DNA of 63,825 nt, the filler included, from Diploschistes diacapsis (taxonomy: Eukaryota): the NCBI GenBank assembly GCA_023645945.1. It is 10 parts of 10 records of this genome, joined end to end, with 100 filler letters (N's around TTAATTAATTAA, not from the genome) between each part and the next. Parts side by side here need not be neighbours in the genome. Positions count along the whole stretch, not along the records: positions 1 to 23,929 come from JALAIB010000251.1; positions 24,030 to 47,891 come from JALAIB010000252.1; 8 more parts are not named here. One strand, written 5' to 3'. This document shows, piece by piece, positions 12,056 through 24,227 of the stretch; within the stretch, counting starts at the first letter, position 1; each line of letters opens with the position of its first letter. A program made the position numbers and the translations under genes. Below the pieces are notes generated by a model. That model made no database searches. It worked only from the letters and a program-made list of their open reading frames with translations, and was not told the DNA's origin.

Positions 12056-13009
12056 AAAGAAGAGGGATGACCGGAGGGGGCGAGTTCTCGCAACTGGTGT
12101 GCAGGCAGGTATAACGCGGAAACCATAATCACTTTGCCGGGCCCCGTTTTGCTCGAGACAAAAGCCATTTTATAGCAATCGTTCGCAGAACGGTAGAATG
12201 CGATGCAAGGGGTGGCTTCAGTACCCTCTTCGGCTTGAACCACGCACCATCTACATGAGGTCAAACGCGCAGGGTTTGTCCCTGCTTGTTCTAGTGGTCG
12301 GCTTTGGCATATTGCAGTGGGCAATGGAAGCCCTGGGTCCGAAATTACGTGGTGAAACACGCACTTATTAAAATATTTGACCCCGGACCTCCCAATAACT
12401 GGGGTATCTAGAGGGTTTGGGTAGGTAGGCAGGTATAAACGTGGCAGCTCGCCCTACGCTTTTTTCTTTATTTTGTTTTGTTCTTTTTTTGTCCCAAACA
12501 ACACGTACTTAGCAATCGCTGAAAATGTTTGGCTAAGAGCTGAAAATCTTTCTAGTTACTGGATCGAATGAAGTTCAATTTGCTTGAGATGCCGGGCGCC
12601 TCTAGGTCAAAGCGTAAAGACCCTACAGCTAGCAAACCCAATGCCCCTTTTTCTAGATTACGGATAGACAGTAACAACGCAAAGTGAGGCAGTCTGAAGG
12701 GCGAGGCAGGCAATGCAAGGCAAGATCAAGCAGAAGATGGTCAACTGATTGGTGTTGTCCAGCTAACCAGCAAGTCCTATCATTTTCTAGTCATCTTCCA
12801 AAGGAGTAACGGGAGAGCAAATGCGGGGTGCAAATGCAAGACTTTATTCCAAGGCGTTGATCGAGACAATGCAGGCGACCTGCCTCGGTATGACACAGCA
12901 TCTTAAAAGCGCCATGGAGAGAGTAAGGCTAACGTAAGGACGGGGGGGTCGACGAAACTGTTTCACTCTTGCATTGTACGTAGCACAAAGCGCCCTACAA
13001 GACGCGACA

Positions 13010-13887
13010 ATGTCTGAATTTCCTACCCTCACCCCAGCCATGACCGTTATGGTAGCTAGAGCCCTCCCAGGCAGTTTTGCTTTGTGCCAAGTACTGACTG
13101 CACGAAGGTCGAGATAGAGGCGCCAATGGCCGTTGGTACGCGTCTTTGAAACGCTTCGCAAGCTCGAGAACCTCACTGCAGGCAAATAGGCTCTGCGTCT
13201 CGAGGCACGCCGCTGAACGTAGTCGTGCGTCTTGAATCTTTCAAATAGCCCTGCTCCTCGACCTCTCTGACAGGCATAGCCCATGGTGGGAGGCTCCATC
13301 AAATCGCATCCCGATTTTCCCATAGCTGTAGACGCCACCTTGACGGGCGTTGGGAACGACTACATCCGTAACGATCCTGATGGCAAGCGCATGAGGCTCA
13401 ACGCCCATGGGACTGCAAAGTAGTAATCGCTTGTTTCCCCAAACGAGAACAAAACACAACCCAATTCCTCGCGACTTTCCCAAATACAGCAAAGCCTCTC
13501 CTGAAACCCAGTTGGCTGATGCTTGTAACTGACTACAGAGACAAGTCTGGCGCGCTCTTGTACCTCAACTACACTGGCATCATCGATATCACCGAGGGCC
13601 TTGCCAAAATCCTAGGAGGCGCACCGGATGCGAAAACCACGGACTTTGGAAACTCTTGTAAGTAGAAAGCTTCTGCTGAGCCATTCGGTCCTTTGTTAGA
13701 TCACGTCTGGATGGGAAGTTGGGGGCATTAACTGTTGGCAGTTATCGAGATGCGCTTTGAGACCGGCGACGGGAAACTCAAGGCACTTGAAGAGAACACG
13801 TTCGTTGGTGCGGGCCGTTTCCTGGTTGAGCAGGGCAAGCCAACCACTGTTGAATATCGTGTTTCGAAAGTTGGCTGGAGGTCGTAG
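13010..13887 (+). CDS. DUF3237 / UPF0311 beta-barrel protein, multi-exon (not in the ORF track)
   Basis: Exons read MSEFPTLTPAM.., PMVGGSIKSHPDF..GNDYIRNDPDGKRMRLNAHG, GALLYLNYTGIIDIT..KTTDFGNS, FIEMRFETGDGKLKALEENTFVGAGRF..VEYRVSKV. Confidence 0.85.
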
Positions 13888-14274
13888 CTTAGCAGGAGTT
13901 CCCGCACAAATGTTCGTGAATTCCACCAAGATGCGAGGAGAGTAGAGCAGCTGCATACACATTGGAGCTCGCTCTTTAGAATACAAAGCACTGCCAATCC
14001 ATTTGCCGAGAAAACCATGTCACCCGAAACGTAGTTTTGGACCGCATCGCACAACAGAAGAACTTCTCACCGACCTTAGAATCCGTTCCAAGACGACCCA
14101 GAAGCCCTGGTGAAACCCGTACCTGGACCTCTATCCACAAATGAGCTGTTACTTGCTCGGCCTTCTAGACTCTAGATAAGTCTTTGGCGTTGGATGAAAA
14201 GGCCTTGAACTGCACCTCACGTTCTATTCTTCCTAAGCTGAGCCGAGCCCGTAGAGAGAAGGAAGATTTTACAA

Positions 14275-16178
14275 CTACCGCACAATTTCTTTCTTGTCAA
14301 CTGGAGGGGGCGCTCGCCACTCTGCCTTTCTTCTCTCCACAAGCTCTCGCTCCTGACGCTCGAGTTCAGCCGACTTTCTTGACGTTTCCCGAGCACTTTG
14401 ATTCTCTGCTTTCCAGGTCAAGGCCCCAGCACTCCATATGCCGATGAAATAACCTCCCAGATGGGAGAAATGGTCGATATTGGCCCTCATGCCGCTAAAA
14501 ATACCCGCAAATTCTATAACAATGATGAAAGCCAGGACCAGCTGACTGAAAAACGGACCCCATTCCATCTCTCTTTCTTCGCCGAACCAATTTATCGTAA
14601 TACTGTTCCTGCAAACATGTTCAGTCAATTGTCCGAGCTAGTGTAGTCTGGGGTGAATCCTACCCAGTCGCAGACGTCAAACAGAGCAATGTCGCGACGA
14701 CAGCTGTGATTGCACCACTGCATCCCAAAGTGCAAGTTACTAGATTGTTGGCCAGAACCAGTCGAACCAATGATATCCACGACGCAAAAACACCGCCCGC
14801 CAGATAGATGGCAAGAAAATTACCCCTTCCGACCTTATCGTGAACTGCAAGATATCAGTGAGGACCACCCAAAAGAAGGCATCTACTCACGTCTAGTACC
14901 AACAAACCAAAGAACGAACATGTTTGTAAGTAAATGCGTGACACCCTGGTGGCTAAAAATATTCCCCAGCACACTAGGTGGATATGGAGTGGCCGCAATG
15001 AGGAGAAAATTCTTGTTCATAAACCGCCAAAAAAAAGGGAGTCTCCACATCAGAAAGAAAATTGCGTTCATTGAGATCAGAGTCATCACCGTTGCGGCAG
15101 CCGGCGGCGTGTTGGGGAAGATACGCGCTTCTTTGATCGGAGGAGTGTAATTGCTGGCAAAAGTGAAACAGATGATAAGAAAGAGGGCGGCGAACACTGT
15201 TGATGGAAGAAGACGTTTAGTTAATGACATTTGGGGAGGCTCGAGCATCTTGCTGAGCGCTGCCCTTTCTTTGTACCGCTTCACCCATTCTGCGCTCTCA
15301 GTCCGACCAGCCAGAACAGCGTGGCCTTTTGCATTTGATACAACAGTGGTGTTGCCATGCGCCTTCTTAATCTCTTCAGCCTGTTTTTCTTTGGCAGCCG
15401 CTTTCGCCCGGTTCGCTTTCCTGAGCTCCTCAAATCTCGACTTGCCATATATGCCCTCCTCCGCCGCCCTTTGTTGTGGAACATATTTTACGTCTGCGAT
15501 GAATTTTTCCTCCATCTGCTTGTTCTCTTGTTGAATGCGCTTGATGATAGCAGCATCTTCGTCAAGCTTGTAGTTTTGTCTTAGCCACAAGAGCCCCTGC
15601 GCAACAAGCTCCGGTGTCACGTATTTTTCGTTGATATCTTGATCAAGTGTACCCGTTATGCGCTGCTTCTGGAGTGTCCTCAGAAGGTTGTTCCCAGTGC
15701 TTTTCCCGATGGCGGGACCAAAGACGGTCTTCAGCTTGCTGTGAGGAAGTTCTCGAAATTTGCTAGGGTGATTTTGATATTCTTGTTCTGTAAGAGAACC
15801 GAATTTGGCTGTCTCGGCTTGACGCGCTGTCCTCGTCCAGAAACATCGAGGTCTGCCCTGGCGGTAGTGGTGGACTACTGTATCGTCCGCCTGCAAAGCG
15901 CGAACACTTGGTTGTGACGTGGGATTGAAAACAGCAGGGGCTAGTCGACTGCTTGTAGACGCAGGCCTCGCCTGTAACAGTTCAGAACTCAGACAGTTTG
16001 TCCATCTCGAAAACAACAAGACCTGTGTTGCTGCTGGGATTGCTCGAAGTGTTCCTTGAACTGTTGACCACGGTCCCGTACTGTACCGCAGCCCCAAGCT
16101 GCAAAGGCGCGGTACTATTGGTATAACATTCTGCATGGTAAGTTTCCTGATGCGGGGGAAAGCATCAGTAGAACTCAT
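14275..16178 (-). CDS. pcp1: Mitochondrial rhomboid protease (Pcp1/PARL), 3 exons; start at 16178 or 16136
   Basis: FSHQ..HLLTNM, GRGNFLAIYLAGG, catalytic GCSG and HFSHLGG; basic, Ser-rich presequence. Confidence 0.88.
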
Positions 16179-16624
16179 TCAGATGCTCAGCCATAGTCAT
16201 ATCTGGTGACTGCTAAACCGCGTCAAGCAGTTTCTGCACCATCAGAATACCTAGAAAGATTTAATGCCCGGCTATAACACGCTGATCCACGGAGATTAGA
16301 GGCCGTGGTCAAGGCAACTCAACTCAATAATGACAGGCTCCTCTGCAAATGTCCCAACAGCCAACTCCGATGAATTGTATACAAGAGCCAATCGACTCAC
16401 TGGAACTTGGTAAAATGCTGCGGGTGATTTGGAATCGTACATGAAGCGATTTGGTAATTCTGTTACTCACTGCGGGGTATTTTATAGTGTTCTCACTGTG
16501 CCCAATCGGCCTATATAAGAGTTCCTACGGCCCTCCTTTTAAAAGTTTACTTGCGTGCCATTCTTGGTGAGATATCATATCGCCCTCTCTCTTTTCGTCC
16601 AAGTCATCAATCTTATATCTCAAA

Positions 16625-17431
16625 ATGCCTACGACAAATACCTACGGTTCCCCCAGCGCTGCTAACGAAGCAATCGGCGGTGTGCCTACGCTCTATTACC
16701 TCGACTTTATGAGCCGAGGGCGCGGTCAGGTTGTGCGTCTGCTCTGGGAAGATGCCGGCATCGCTTACAAGGACGTGCGCTATACCTTCGCCGAGTGGCC
16801 GGAAGCGCAGCGCAACAAGATATCCAAAATGAATCCGACGGGGAACGTTCCAGTGGTCGAAATAAACGGCAGGATCCTGACGCAGAGCTACGCAATGCTG
16901 CGACACTTTTCCCACCAGCTCAATGCATATGACGGAAAGACGGAAGAGGGAAGGTATTGGGCCGACGCCATCTGCGATATTGCCATCGATTGTACGTCCC
17001 CGCAGCTCAAACCTCCCCCCCTCCTTCCTCTTTCCATCTCGACAGTAGCCGAGATGCATGCCACGTCCGATGCTTCAATGACCGCCACGCCCTAACCCAC
17101 CGCAGGGCGCACTGGCTTCGTGCGTGCCTTTTTTTCTCCCAACAAGGACGAAGACTACGCCGAGCACCAGCGCACTGACCGCAAGCGCTACCTAAACTCC
17201 ATGGAGACGCACCTGAAGGCGCACCATCTCTCTCAGCAAGGTCCATACGTGATCGGCAACGAAATCACCTACGCCGACATGGTTCTCTACCAGATCATGC
17301 ACGACGAAAGTCTCACGCAGGACGGACGCGCAGGCTTGAAGGAGTACCCGCGACTAACGAAGCTCGTGGACGCTGTCGAGGCCCGACCGAACATCAAGGC
17401 TTTTCTGGGCAGCGATAGGTACAAGGGCTGA
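16625..17431 (+). CDS. Glutathione S-transferase, 2 exons (intron 16992-17105)
   Basis: YYLDFMSRGRGQVVRLLWED, NPTGNVPVVE, LTQSYAMLR, ITYADMVLY, YPRL..RPNI. Confidence 0.92.
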
Positions 17432-18090
17432 GAGAGAAGATATGAGCCCGAAGGCAGGCACAGCGACTGACTGCATTGGTGGCAGGAAAAAGTGTGTGCT
17501 TGACCACGATTCCGTGCCCCCCATTTTTTGTTTCTTAGTTTGGTAGCACTGTTGTTTCAATCCATCGTCGTTACAAAGATATTCATTCGAATGTAAAGTC
17601 CCTTCATATGGGGAGATTATTGCAGCACAGACCAAAGATTGGGACCTGGGTCGGCCAACTTTCTCGGGATTAGCTAGGTAATTGTGCAAAACAACAAAAA
17701 GCGTTTGTGAAACCATAGGCCGATACGTAGGAGGGGGGGGCATGTAGGAACAACTCAAAAAGGCACGCTTTACCTTATGGACGTTTTGACACCATTGCAC
17801 CCAGCGACCGACCGACGTGTACGAAAATAACCTTGGGTCAAAAAGGGGTGGGCTCAAAAAAGCAATTTTTTATTTACGGAAAATACAATCCTCCGTGCCG
17901 CCTTGTTTTCCCGCGCGCATACACAAACGGCCCCTAGATGGCTTCGAGGGGGAAAAGGGAGGCACCAGGGATCGAGAGTTTCAAACATACATTTCATTCA
18001 GTTTCAGAGTAGTAATTATAACAGAATCGGGACAACGTTCGCGCTTCCGCATGTCTTGAAATACTTCCCAATGCATTTCATTATGACGCT

Positions 18091-18121
18091 AAATCGCCAA
18101 ATCGCCAAATCGCCAAATCGC
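18091..18121. repeat. (AAATCGCC)x3.9 minisatellite
   Basis: Read directly. Confidence 0.85.
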
Positions 18122-18594
18122 GCATGCACGGTTAGGAACTTGCCCAATTATTACTATTCTATTCTTAGACTATGCTCCTTTAACGCTGAGGAGCAAAATA
18201 ATCATATCGCCACCAAGTCGCTACCCAGCTGGCCGTCTACGACTGCAGCTTTTGCCGACCCCTTATCATCTGGGATAGGTGTCTTCAAGCCGTGCCTTGC
18301 TAGTGCAAAACATACGCCGTATTCTCAAGCATACCGAGATCACACATGTCCTTGATGTGAAACGTGTTGAAGTACAGTGAGATAACAATACACCCGTTCT
18401 AGTAGACGGCGCCACCGTGTCGGGGGCCAAACAGACAGCCAACGCCTCGCTCTGGAATGCCAGATAATGGTACATGTGTCGTGCAACTGGGAAGCATTTC
18501 CGCCGTGATGGTCCCCTAGTCGCACTCGTAATCGTACATCGTGATGCCGTATTGCTACCCGTCGTTGGTTGTCTCCTATCGTTACCACATTACA

Positions 18595-19542
18595 TCATAT
18601 CCGGTTTTCTCTTCCCGCGCTGGGCAGCGGAGGAATGTCGTCTGCCCTCATCGGCAATGCCCTCGGTGTGCTCAGGGTACTGGTACTTCCCTTGGCACTC
18701 GGTGTCGTAGAGCTCGCCCCTGCTCCTCTTCTCTTCATCTTGTCTAGAATGACAACCAGCTTGGCCGTCTCCTCGAACGATTCGTTATCCATCCCTGCCT
18801 CGTCACTGTAGACATCCCGCAAGCTCTGCGCTGCAAGTTTCCGCGATGCTTCCCCGTCGTGTAGACAATCGTACAGGTACGCCGCGTACTCTACTTTGAC
18901 ACTGACGCGTAGAGGGTGAGAGCCGGTGAGTAGCCTGTCTGCAAGGGCAGCGGCTTGCGCAAAGTACTGCGAGGCGTACGCCGTGTAATCGCGCGCTGGT
19001 AACAGAAAGCTTGCCGAAGGCTTGGGAATGGATACGGGCGCTAGTCCAGGTGGCAGGGGGTTGCGAACAGGCCCGCCATCCATGGGATCCGGGGATGTTC
19101 TGATGGACGTTCGATTGCCGCTCTTTGCTGGAAAGACTTTGGAACTTGGAACGGCCGTGGCTTGGCTGATGCTTGGCTGGTTGTGGAATAGAACGTAGAT
19201 GTGTACGAAACTACCGCGGAGTTTGGCACCTAGGACCCTGAGCTCGGGGTACGGATATCTGTCGGCTTTCTTCAAGACGACGCTCTCCACCAATGAAAGG
19301 CCCTCTCGCGAGAGCCAAATGATGTGGTGGTATAGTTGTACGGACTTCGTGTCTCTTGTGTTATCGAGCTTCCGTTGACGTCTTGCGCGAACGAGCTTCT
19401 TCGACAATAACAGAGATAAGCCGAGGATCCTGAACAATGCATGCGAGAGGCTATTCCGGATATCGTCGTCCACTGGCTCGAGCGGTTCGATGATCCTGGC
19501 GAACTGTCCCAGTAACCTTTGATCGACGTCCAAAGAGGCCAT
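18595..19542 (-). CDS. Fungal divergent 14-3-3-domain protein
   Basis: C-terminal HPLRVSVKVEYAAYLYDCL..SRKLAAQ..FEETAKLVVIL parallels the 14-3-3 HPIRLGLALNFSVFYYEI helices. Start at MASLDVDQ. Confidence 0.75.
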   Translation of the reverse strand: MASLDVDQRLLGQFARIIEPLEPVDDDIRNSLSHALFRILGLSLLLSKKLVRARRQRKLDNTRDTKSVQLYHHIIWLSREGLSLVESVVLKKADRYPYPELRVLGAKLRGSFVHIYVLFHNQPSISQATAVPSSKVFPAKSGNRTSIRTSPDPMDGGPVRNPLPPGLAPVSIPKPSASFLLPARDYTAYASQYFAQAAALADRLLTGSHPLRVSVKVEYAAYLYDCLHDGEASRKLAAQSLRDVYSDEAGMDNESFEETAKLVVILDKMKRRGAGASSTTPSAKGSTSTLSTPRALPMRADDIPPLPSAGRENRI

Positions 19543-21455
19543 TAAGGCCGAATCAAAGAAATCACCCAAGACCTGGTACTGGGTCACCGGAGTTAGCTCC
19601 AAATTCTCCGAACGTTCTTTCCCAGTGTCCTCCATGGCGTTAAGGTGGGTTGCCAGCACCCAATAATCACAGTGGAGCAAGGAACGAAGGGGAAGAAAAA
19701 AAAAAGGAAACAAGAGAAGCTATCGATCCTGAAACTGGCGATTCCAGATTGCGAACGAATAGTTATTATATCCTAATGGCCCACAAACCTGGGAGGAAAC
19801 ATGAAACATGGGAAATCAAAACGTACCAATTACCGCGCGCCCTGCCGCAGGTCAAAAGTCAGGATAGAACTTGGAGCTATAAACAAAAGACCAGTATTGT
19901 GGAGTGTGCTGGCGGCAGTTATGAAAAGCGCACCCTCATGCAAAGCATCTGGCGCTTCCGCGATCGAGGTGGTAAGGCAATTGCCGAAGCGCTAAGAAGA
20001 TTCTTTTCTCCTCTTCCACACTCTCATAATATTTTTGAAACCTTGAGAGGCGCATTATACGAAGATCTGTCGCATCATGATTGGGCTCGCGGTAAATCTG
20101 TTCCAGCTTCTCTGCGTTATCATATACACAGCTCTCCAAGACAGTAAGATGTTGTTGTTGTGGCTCGCAGCTCTTTTCAAATCGTTACTTTGGCTCGCCT
20201 ATCCACCAAAAACTTTCCTGTCAAATATTGAGCCCTTTGCTACCTGGGCGAACTCAGGTTGCGTGTCGGTTGAGCCAACAAATATCTCTCCTGTGAGCAA
20301 TTAAAGCGAATCAAGCCATTCCCGAAGCTCGCACACACCCGTCCAACCGCAGAAACAAGTATGGCATGCGCATACAAAAGAGAATCAGTAATAGGCGGAT
20401 ACAAAACATGATTCTTCCAGAGGAACTACTGGGGTAGCAGTCAGTTTTGTGGATAGCTCCAGACAAGGCGGTGAAAGGACCTTGCTCCTGGCCAACGCAT
20501 CAAAGTTCGGATCCTCAAATTGCTCTAGCCCATATAGAATGAGGTCCAACAAGCCTGAGCACTGATGTCAGGCAAGTTAAAGATGCTCCTATAGCAGTAA
20601 AGCTTCTGGACAGATATGGCTTCACTTGAGGCCACGAGGAAGAGAAAAATATAAATTTCCAAAAAAAAACCATGATAATGGGAATGGGACTAATGCCCAA
20701 CAAGGTGCAGAGTTGGGCATGGGGATAAGTCTTTTAACCCCGGCGGCGCGTTGTGGTTGTGCGTGCGCTGTCGAATGGATGGGCACAGATGCCGTCGCCA
20801 TAATTGGGGGACTAGGATGCTTCTGCAAAGGTGGTTCTGGTCTTTCCTATTCTCGTGCCAGTGAGGATAAAGAAGCCTGACCCCGTCCCGAGTGTTGCAA
20901 TACAGGTTTACAACACCGTGGATACAAGACCTTGATGAGCTTTAGAGGCAGAGATAGTTGTATGTCCATCCTGGATGGCAGCCCAAGACAGCAAAGCCAG
21001 AGGAGCGATAAGTGATGACGATTACTGACGAAGGGCGGTGACTACAGTCTACAACTGCTAACTACTAACTATACTACTGTACTACTATATAGAATACTAG
21101 ATACCAAAATAGCAATTATAGTGGCTTGCCCCTTTGATGTGGCTGACGGAAGAAGAAGTCCATCCCGCGCTTTGGGCCCTAGTAGTTTCTCTTGTCCTCC
21201 CCTCAAACTTGCAGGATGGACTCCGAAGTGCAGTACAAGCGGCACAGTACAAAGTCAGTAGGGCGATCTTGTCCTTTTTCCCCCATTGATATCTATCTAA
21301 CCCGTCCAGGTAGGGAGCGTTGCACGCATCGACCAAACAACCTTTCTTCTCCACCCCTGGCATTCTTTTCCACTCTCTACCCTCGCTAACGGCTGACCAA
21401 CTATAATGCCAGCGGGCTTCTTTGAAGACTTTTGGGTGACTACGACGAGAGCCGA

Positions 21456-22100
21456 CTATTCTCCGTTCCTGCCCAGCCGGTGCCTCAACACTTCAGGCTC
21501 GATGCGGCGGCCCGTCTCGTCGAAGAACTTTGAGGCGATGGCCACCCACTTCGCCGCATCGTAGTAATCGTGAAGGCGGGTTAGCAGGATGGCCTCGCCG
21601 CCGCTCACCACATCCTCTCCCACGTCCAACCTTACGAGTACCGGATCGTCCACCTCGAATGCGCTCGCCCTAATGCCTTCGACGCAGGGGTCTATGTCGG
21701 ATGCGTCGTCGCGCAGAAAGGCATCAGGAACAGCCTCCTCCTCTGCACCAACGAAGACGAACTCGCCGGAGTCGGCCTTGGCCTTCCCCTTCTTCTTTGA
21801 ATTCTCGGCCCTGACTCCCATAACTGAGCCGTAACGTTTCTCAACCTCATCTACCGTCTTTCCGATAGCCTTCGCAATTGCGGACCATGCCGTTCCCTCG
21901 TCTTTCATTCTTAGGAGCGTTGCTTCCTCGTTCACCGTCCAGATACTGCCTTCGTCCTGTTTCTCGGACTCGAGAGTGGCGGTCGGGGTGGCCTCTTCTG
22001 CCGATGCCTTGTCGGTGTTGGCTTCCTTGGTGGCGTCGGCCTTTCCTGCTGCAGAACTTTCCGGGCTCTCTTTATTGCTTGATGCTTCCCAACTTGTCAA
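21456..22100 (-). CDS. Myb/SANT-like domain protein (last exon; 5' structure unresolved)
   Basis: WTVNEEATLLRMK..AWSAIAKAIGKTVDEVEKRY and C-terminal KWVAIASKFFDETGRRIEPEVL. Confidence 0.7.
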   Translation of the reverse strand: MTSWEASSNKESPESSAAGKADATKEANTDKASAEEATPTATLESEKQDEGSIWTVNEEATLLRMKDEGTAWSAIAKAIGKTVDEVEKRYGSVMGVRAENSKKKGKAKADSGEFVFVGAEEEAVPDAFLRDDASDIDPCVEGIRASAFEVDDPVLVRLDVGEDVVSGGEAILLTRLHDYYDAAKWVAIASKFFDETGRRIEPEVLRHRLGRNGE

Positions 22101-23706
22101 ACCTGCCCTTTTCTTTGTACCGTTAAGCGCGATCGATATAATGAATGAGCTGCCTTACCTGCTTGCGAGTGGCCCGACCATCGCCGTAGAGGTCATAGAC
22201 ACTCACCGGCTGAAAGCGCCTCATGTTATGCTGGTTTTGTACAGGGGCGATTCCGTAGGTTGAATTTTCCTTCTGCGTTAAAGGACGACGAAATCGCTGA
22301 AGTCGTTTTTGTTGATTCAACGAGACAAGCGGCAAGGTGTGGGTTTCTTGCAAAGATGTCGCTTCGTGATATGGAATCTCCGTCTGCGTCAATTGACAAT
22401 GAAATTGCTGAAGTCGACCCTGTTGGTTTAACGAGACAAGTGGTAGGGTGCGGGTTCCTAACATCTGGCGAACATTAGGGAGGGTTGTTAGAAAGTTCAG
22501 AAGGTTCGATGGAACACACAACGTCGAATCCGGACTTCGAATCGGCTTCCCGTACTCTTTCTGCTACCGGCTCGGGATATGAAGGCTGGCTGGAAAGCTT
22601 CGGCGAGGACTCTGTCTGTTGTCGCTGTAGAAAGGACGAAGTTGTTGAAAGTTGACTTTTTGGAAGAGGAGTAGCGGACAGGGAATTACGACGATCATGA
22701 AAGATTGCGATGCTGGATCGGATGACTTGCGATAGGCCAGTCATTATGGACGACTACCTTCGATACGGCTGAAAGCAGGACAATGACCTGCGATGAAAGA
22801 TCAGAGTGACTGGGACTCAGTATCCTTGTACGTGGGTTGACTTTGGCGACAAGGATACACCCCCTCTTTGCTAGAGAAGATAGCAATGAAATAGTCACAA
22901 AGGAGGAGCTATCTGAAGCAAAGGATTATGATGGAAAAGTAGAGTTGCCGGTAGGTCATTAAGTTTCACGATAACGTCCGTTGTCGGCTGGGCGGGTGCC
23001 ATTGTTGACGCGGCGCTGAGACCAGAAGCGTCAAGGTCAGTGGCCGGGTTATATAGGGGCGGAGACAGCGTTGAACAGGCACAGTACAAGACAGACGAGT
23101 TGGTGACGGAAGTGCAGGTACATGAAGCTATGTGACAGGTCCTTGTCCTCCGGTAGTATTGGCGATGGCAGCGGAGAGGCTGGGATCCAGTCACTCGGTG
23201 ATAATATTCTTATGTGTACCTCTATTCGTCCATTCTAGGTGTCGACGGTGATCATAAGTAGTGCGGTATATTATGATTAAAAGAACCAATTTGGATGTTG
23301 TAAAAGTATATAGATGCTCTAGAGAAGGAACCAGATTTAGAGCTCTACGGGAACCTGCAATCAGGCTGATTCAAGCAATTCTTCGAAACCCATGCAGGCA
23401 CTGAGGCCATCCCCTATCGGTTGCAAGACTAACCAGTATCATCTCGAAGTATCTGCTTGATTGAAAGTTCCAGAGAGCAACCTTCACCTCACACTTGATC
23501 CCAGAATTACCCTCTTCGTCCAAGGGACCTCCTTTCCGTACAAGTCTTGGCGAACACCCCCGACTCTCCGCCAAGAAATCCTCTCTGCCAAGACTCCATC
23601 AAACTTCTTCGAGCCCGATAGAATAGATAATAAAGAGACATCATCTAGTCGACATCGACCGCATTGCGATTCTCCGGCTCGCACCATTCCCCCCCATTTG
23701 CCCATC

Positions 23707-23904
23707 ATGCTCGGCCTCTCCACTCTCTTCGTCCTGCTCGCCACCCTCCTCCCGCTCTCGCTGGCCCACAACATCAACCTGGGGGCGCACTCGCGCGAGT
23801 GCTTCCACGAGCAGCTGCACAAGGACGACAAGATGACGGTGACCTTCCAGGTAGGCGACCGGGAGCCGGGCGCCAACAGCGGGAACCTGGATATCGATTT
23901 CTGG
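23707..23904 (+). CDS. emp24: p24/Emp24 cargo receptor, first exon only (contig ends in an intronic (CT)n)
   Basis: Signal peptide, then HNINLGAHSRECFHEQLHKDDKMTVTFQVGDRE..LDIDFW and a GTACGT donor. Confidence 0.9.
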
Positions 23905-23929
23905 GTACGTCTCTCTCTCTCTCTCTCTC

Positions 23930-24029
23930 NNNNNNNNNNNNNNNNNNNNNNNNNNNNNNNNNNNNNNNNNNNNTTAATTAATTAANNNNNNNNNNNNNNN
24001 NNNNNNNNNNNNNNNNNNNNNNNNNNNNN
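23930..24029. other. Artificial contig linker 44N-TTAATTAATTAA-44N; also at 47892-47991, 49891-49990, 51886-51985, 53880-53979, 55873-55972, 57865-57964, 59852-59951 and 61839-61938
   Basis: Nine identical 100-nt spacers with a six-frame stop core; the intervening segments are ordered by non-increasing length. Confidence 0.98.
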
Positions 24030-24227
24030 ATTTTTAAAAGGCTTATGGGTGGTATAATAGCTCTATGAAATAGACGCATTTTGGTGTAATTTGGGGGAGG
24101 GTCCATTACTTTTGGCATAGTACTGTACTTGTTATATAAGATTGTATCTAGAATTCTCTTATAGCTGTCAGTAGAGCAGCATTGCCGCCGTATTTTAATC
24201 CTCCCCAAAGGAAAGTCTCAAAACGCG

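Noticed and set aside
16625..17431. GST as the missing maleylacetoacetate isomerase
   Set aside because: Lacks the zeta-class SSC motif and is separated from phacA by five unrelated genes.
19936..20830. Protein-like minus-strand fragments
   Set aside because: No recognisable motif or consistent exon chain.
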